A stretch of 64,000 nt of DNA from Hormiphora californensis (taxonomy: Eukaryota > Animalia > Ctenophora): the NCBI GenBank assembly GCA_020137815.1, contig CM035354.1, positions 992,001 to 1,056,000 on the forward strand, in the 5' to 3' direction. Positions 60,425 to 64,000 of this stretch are shown here, in pieces. How positions within the stretch are numbered: position 1 is the first letter of the stretch; the number at the start of each line of letters is the position of its first letter. The notes beneath the pieces were generated by a model. It was not told the DNA's origin, ran no database searches, and was given only the letters and a program-made list of their open reading frames with translations. A program made the translations under genes and the position numbers.

Positions 60425-63218
60425 GTAATCCATGTGATTTGGGTAAATAATCAGGCCAACCAGGAATTTTGGGGGGGACGGCTAATTCCTTCACTAATAG
60501 TTAGTCTAAGAGGTCCTTATGTACGAAAAAAAAGTTTTAAATCTGAAGTGGTGGGGAAGACCCCTATAATTGGCCTTAATTGGCACTAACTGGGTATTCC
60601 CATAACTTGGCTTAGAAATGGAGTAGAGACAAAAATAAGGACACTAAAATGTGTAGAATCATCACATTATAGGGGGTAGAGACCATTACTGACTCGATAT
60701 CTCCAATACTAATTGAGATAATTGAGTTAATTGGATAATTCATGCCACGCATGGTTGCCGAATACAAATCCTCTTAGAATAGGAGTAGAAATGAAAATAG
60801 GGACACTAAACTGTGCAGCGTCCTCGCATTAGTGGGGGTAGACACCCATGAAAAGTTCCTATCTCAATTGGTTAATTGGATAATTGGATAATTAGATATG
60901 CGCATAGCCGCATTAGCCTATTAGATATTCAGCAGACCATATACGATACCCTGAGACTCTAAGAGCCTCCTACATACCCCTAGTACCCTCCTAAATACCC
61001 CTCAGACCCCGCTAGATACCTATTACACTCTATTAGATGCCCCTCGAAGCTTCCTAGATAGCCCTTACAGCTCATTGGGTAACCCTTTTACCTTCCTATA
61101 CACCCCTCAGACCCTGCTAGATGCATTTTAGATCTTCCTAGATACCCCTAAAACTCTCCAAGATACACATAAGACTCTACTAGATACCCCTTAGACCCCG
61201 TTAGATACCCCTAAAATCCTTCTAGATACCCCTCAGATCTTCATAGATACCCCTAGTACCTTCCTGGGCACCCCTCAGATCTCAGACAGCTAGATACCCC
61301 TGAACCCCCAAAGATACCCCCAGAAATCAGAATCTACTAGATTCATACCCCCTTAGACACCATTAGATATCTGTCAGACCCTTCTAGATACCCCTCCAGC
61401 TCCTTAGATAAGCCTATAATCATCCAAGACACCCCAAGAGCTTCCTAGATACCCCTCACAACTTTTTAGATACCCTAATAGACTGATTGTGTCTAAGGGG
61501 ATATAGTAGAGTCGGATACCCGTCAGACCCTTCTAGATACCCTTCAGAGCTTCATACCTGACCCTGGGCCTACTAGATACCCATTACACCCTATTAAATA
61601 CCCCTCAAGCCTCAAAGCTTCATATACATACCCCTCACAGCTCCTATTAATCCTATTAGCCTCCTAGACACCCCTCAGACTTTGATCTACCGAACCCACC
61701 CAAAGGGTGTGAGCCACACAACGCAGACCCTGCTAGATACCTCTAAAACCCTCCAAGATACCTCTAGCTCTCCGACTCTACTATACCCCTTAGACACTAT
61801 CAGATACCCCTCAGATCCTTCTAGATACCCCTCAGAGCTTCTTAGACACCCCTCAGACCTCAGAGCGCTATCTAAGGGGAAACTCTAACTGAATGGCATC
61901 CCATTAATGGGATCCCATCAACAGTAAAACTCTAACTGATAATGGACCACAGTGATGGTTCTTTCTCTGTATTCTCTCTGTGTGCGCGCCCGTGCCCGGG
62001 CATGCCCTATAGTTCTTTCTCTGTATTCTCTCTGTAGGCAGTACATATATGTACTGCCTACAGAGAGAATACAGAGAAAGAACCATCACTGTGGTCCATT
62101 ATCAGTTAGAGTTTTACTGTTGATGGGATCCCATTAATGGGATGCCATTCAGTTAGAGTTTCCCCTAATGGAGGGTTTCAGGGGTATGGGGGGTGTCTAG
62201 GAGTCTATTAGGGTGTCTAAAAAGGGGTGTAATGGGTATCTAACAATCCCAGGGTCGGAGGGGTGTATAGGAGGGTAATAGGCATAGGAGCTGGAGGGGT
62301 ATCTTTGGGGCGTTCAGGGGTATCTAGCAAGATCTGATATGTATCTAGTAGGGTCTAATGGGTATCTAGAGGGGTAAAATGGCTATCTAAGGAGCTGTGA
62401 GGATATCTTTGAAGATCTGAGGGGTATCTAGAACGATTTTAGAGGTATCTAACGGGGTCTAAGGGGTATCTAGTACAGTCTAATGTGTATCTTGGAGGGT
62501 TTTAGGGGTATCTAGGAAGATCTAAAATGCATCTAGCAGGGTCAGAGGGGTGTATAGGAAGGTAAAAGGGTTAACCAATGAGCTGTAAGGGCTATCTAGG
62601 AAGCTTCGAGGGGCATCTAATAGATTGTAATAGGTATCTAGCAGGGTCTGAGGGGTAGTTAGGAGGTTACTAGGGGTATGTAGGAGGCTCTTAGAGACTC
62701 AGGGTATCGTATATGGTCTGCTGAATATCTAATAGGCTAATACGGCTATGCGCATATCTAATTATCCAATTATCCAATTAACCAATTGAGATAGGAACTT
62801 TTCATGGGTGTCTACCCCCACTAATGCGAGGACGCTGCACAGTTTAGTGTCCCTATTTTCATTTCTACTCCTATTCTAAGAGGATTTATATTCGGCAACC
62901 ATGCACGGCATAAATTATCCAATTAACTCAATTATCTCAATTAGTATTGGAGATATCGACTCAGTAATGGTCTCTACCCCCTATAATGTTATGATTCTAC
63001 ACATTTTAGTGTCCTTATTTTTGTCTCTACTCCATTTCTAAGCCAAGTTATGGGAATATCCAGTTAGTGCCAATTAAGGCCAATTATAGGGGTCTTCCCC
63101 ACCACTTCAGATTTAAAACTTTTTTTTGGTGCATAAGGACCTCTTAGACTAACTATTAGTGAAGGAATTAGCCGTCCCCCCCAAAATTCCTGGTCCTTAC
63201 CCTAATCACATGGATTAG
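60425..63218. mobile_element. Foldback element of 2.8 kb with long inverted arms and TAGATACCCC subrepeats
   Basis: About 60460-61230 is the reverse complement of about 62410-63190; outer CTGCACTGGC/GCCAGTGCAG at about 60329 and 63292 may be the true ends. Confidence 0.85.
61876..62165. mobile_element. Tourist-like MITE nested in the foldback element
   Basis: TIRs of about 105 bp starting GGGGAAACTCTAACTGAATG; perfect TAA TSD. Confidence 0.9.
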
Positions 63219-64000
63219 GGGTGGGATGGTTTTTCATTGCTGGGGGCTTTGCCCCCAGACCCCCATTAGGCCACGGGGCACTTGCCAGTGCAGTGATTTG
63301 ATTGTCATGCTGGCAGTGAGATTGCTGTAACTCTTACACACTGAAAAGTCTCACAGTGATTATGTACGCTAAATGTGGACGTTTTTTGTTATAATTCTGC
63401 CATTGTTTTTCTAATTCTTGGCCAACATTTGGCAATGCAGATACAGTTACAGACACAATCATCAATCATTGTCACATGGTGATGAAACAAGGTGTCATGG
63501 ACAGTCTCTGACGACAGTGTCTTCGCTTTATATACAGGGTGTGAACTGCATGTCGTGTTTGCTAGTCGCGAGCGCGCTTGCGAGACAAGCAAACACGTCA
63601 AGGTTCATTAACAAGCATGCTGCTCAGTCATTTTAGATTTAATACACAATGTAAGGATACCATGTAATAGGTGAGACTCTTGCCGTCACCCTCGTTCAAG
63701 TCCCGTGAAAAACGGAGCAGTACACGCTAACTGATGCCCATTTTCCTCGCGTGACCCCGATTCAGCAGTTTGAGACACCAACTCTTTAGGGGGCCATATC
63801 TCAGGAACCAGACAAGATAGGAAAAATCGCCGTCTAACGAGGCGTACAGTTTTTAATCTAGTTTACCACTGTACCGGCCGTTTCACTCTCCGACCTAAAA
63901 CAAAAATCGCAACCCCACAAAACTTCAAAATAATGAAATTCGCATCTCGCATGTCGTGTTGCATGTCGTGTTGCATGTCGTGTCATGTTATTGACGCGCT

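Overview
Eukaryotic, intron-rich and repeat-rich animal DNA. It is probably from a ctenophore: a 111-bp hAT-type MITE here resembles a repeat I recall from Pleurobrachia, and the window also has an LDLa-7TM receptor gene and a nested intronic gene. This taxon call is an inference. Genes assembled by hand from GT-AG exons: a macro-domain gene (minus strand, runs off the left edge), a SKAP-like PH+SH3 adaptor, an intronless carbohydrate sulfotransferase, two tandem LITAF paralogues, an intronless Tudor-TIR-TIR-Tudor protein, an atypical ARF-like GTPase, and TBCEL, which carries an antisense LDLa-GPCR in intron 3. Mobile DNA: one intact RTE-type LINE, two truncated LINEs, a solo LTR, many MITEs and large foldback elements, and several minisatellites. 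The most notable observations are the Tudor-TIR-TIR-Tudor architecture and the repeated origin of tandem arrays from splice-junction sequence. No database searches were run; all family calls rest on motif recognition.
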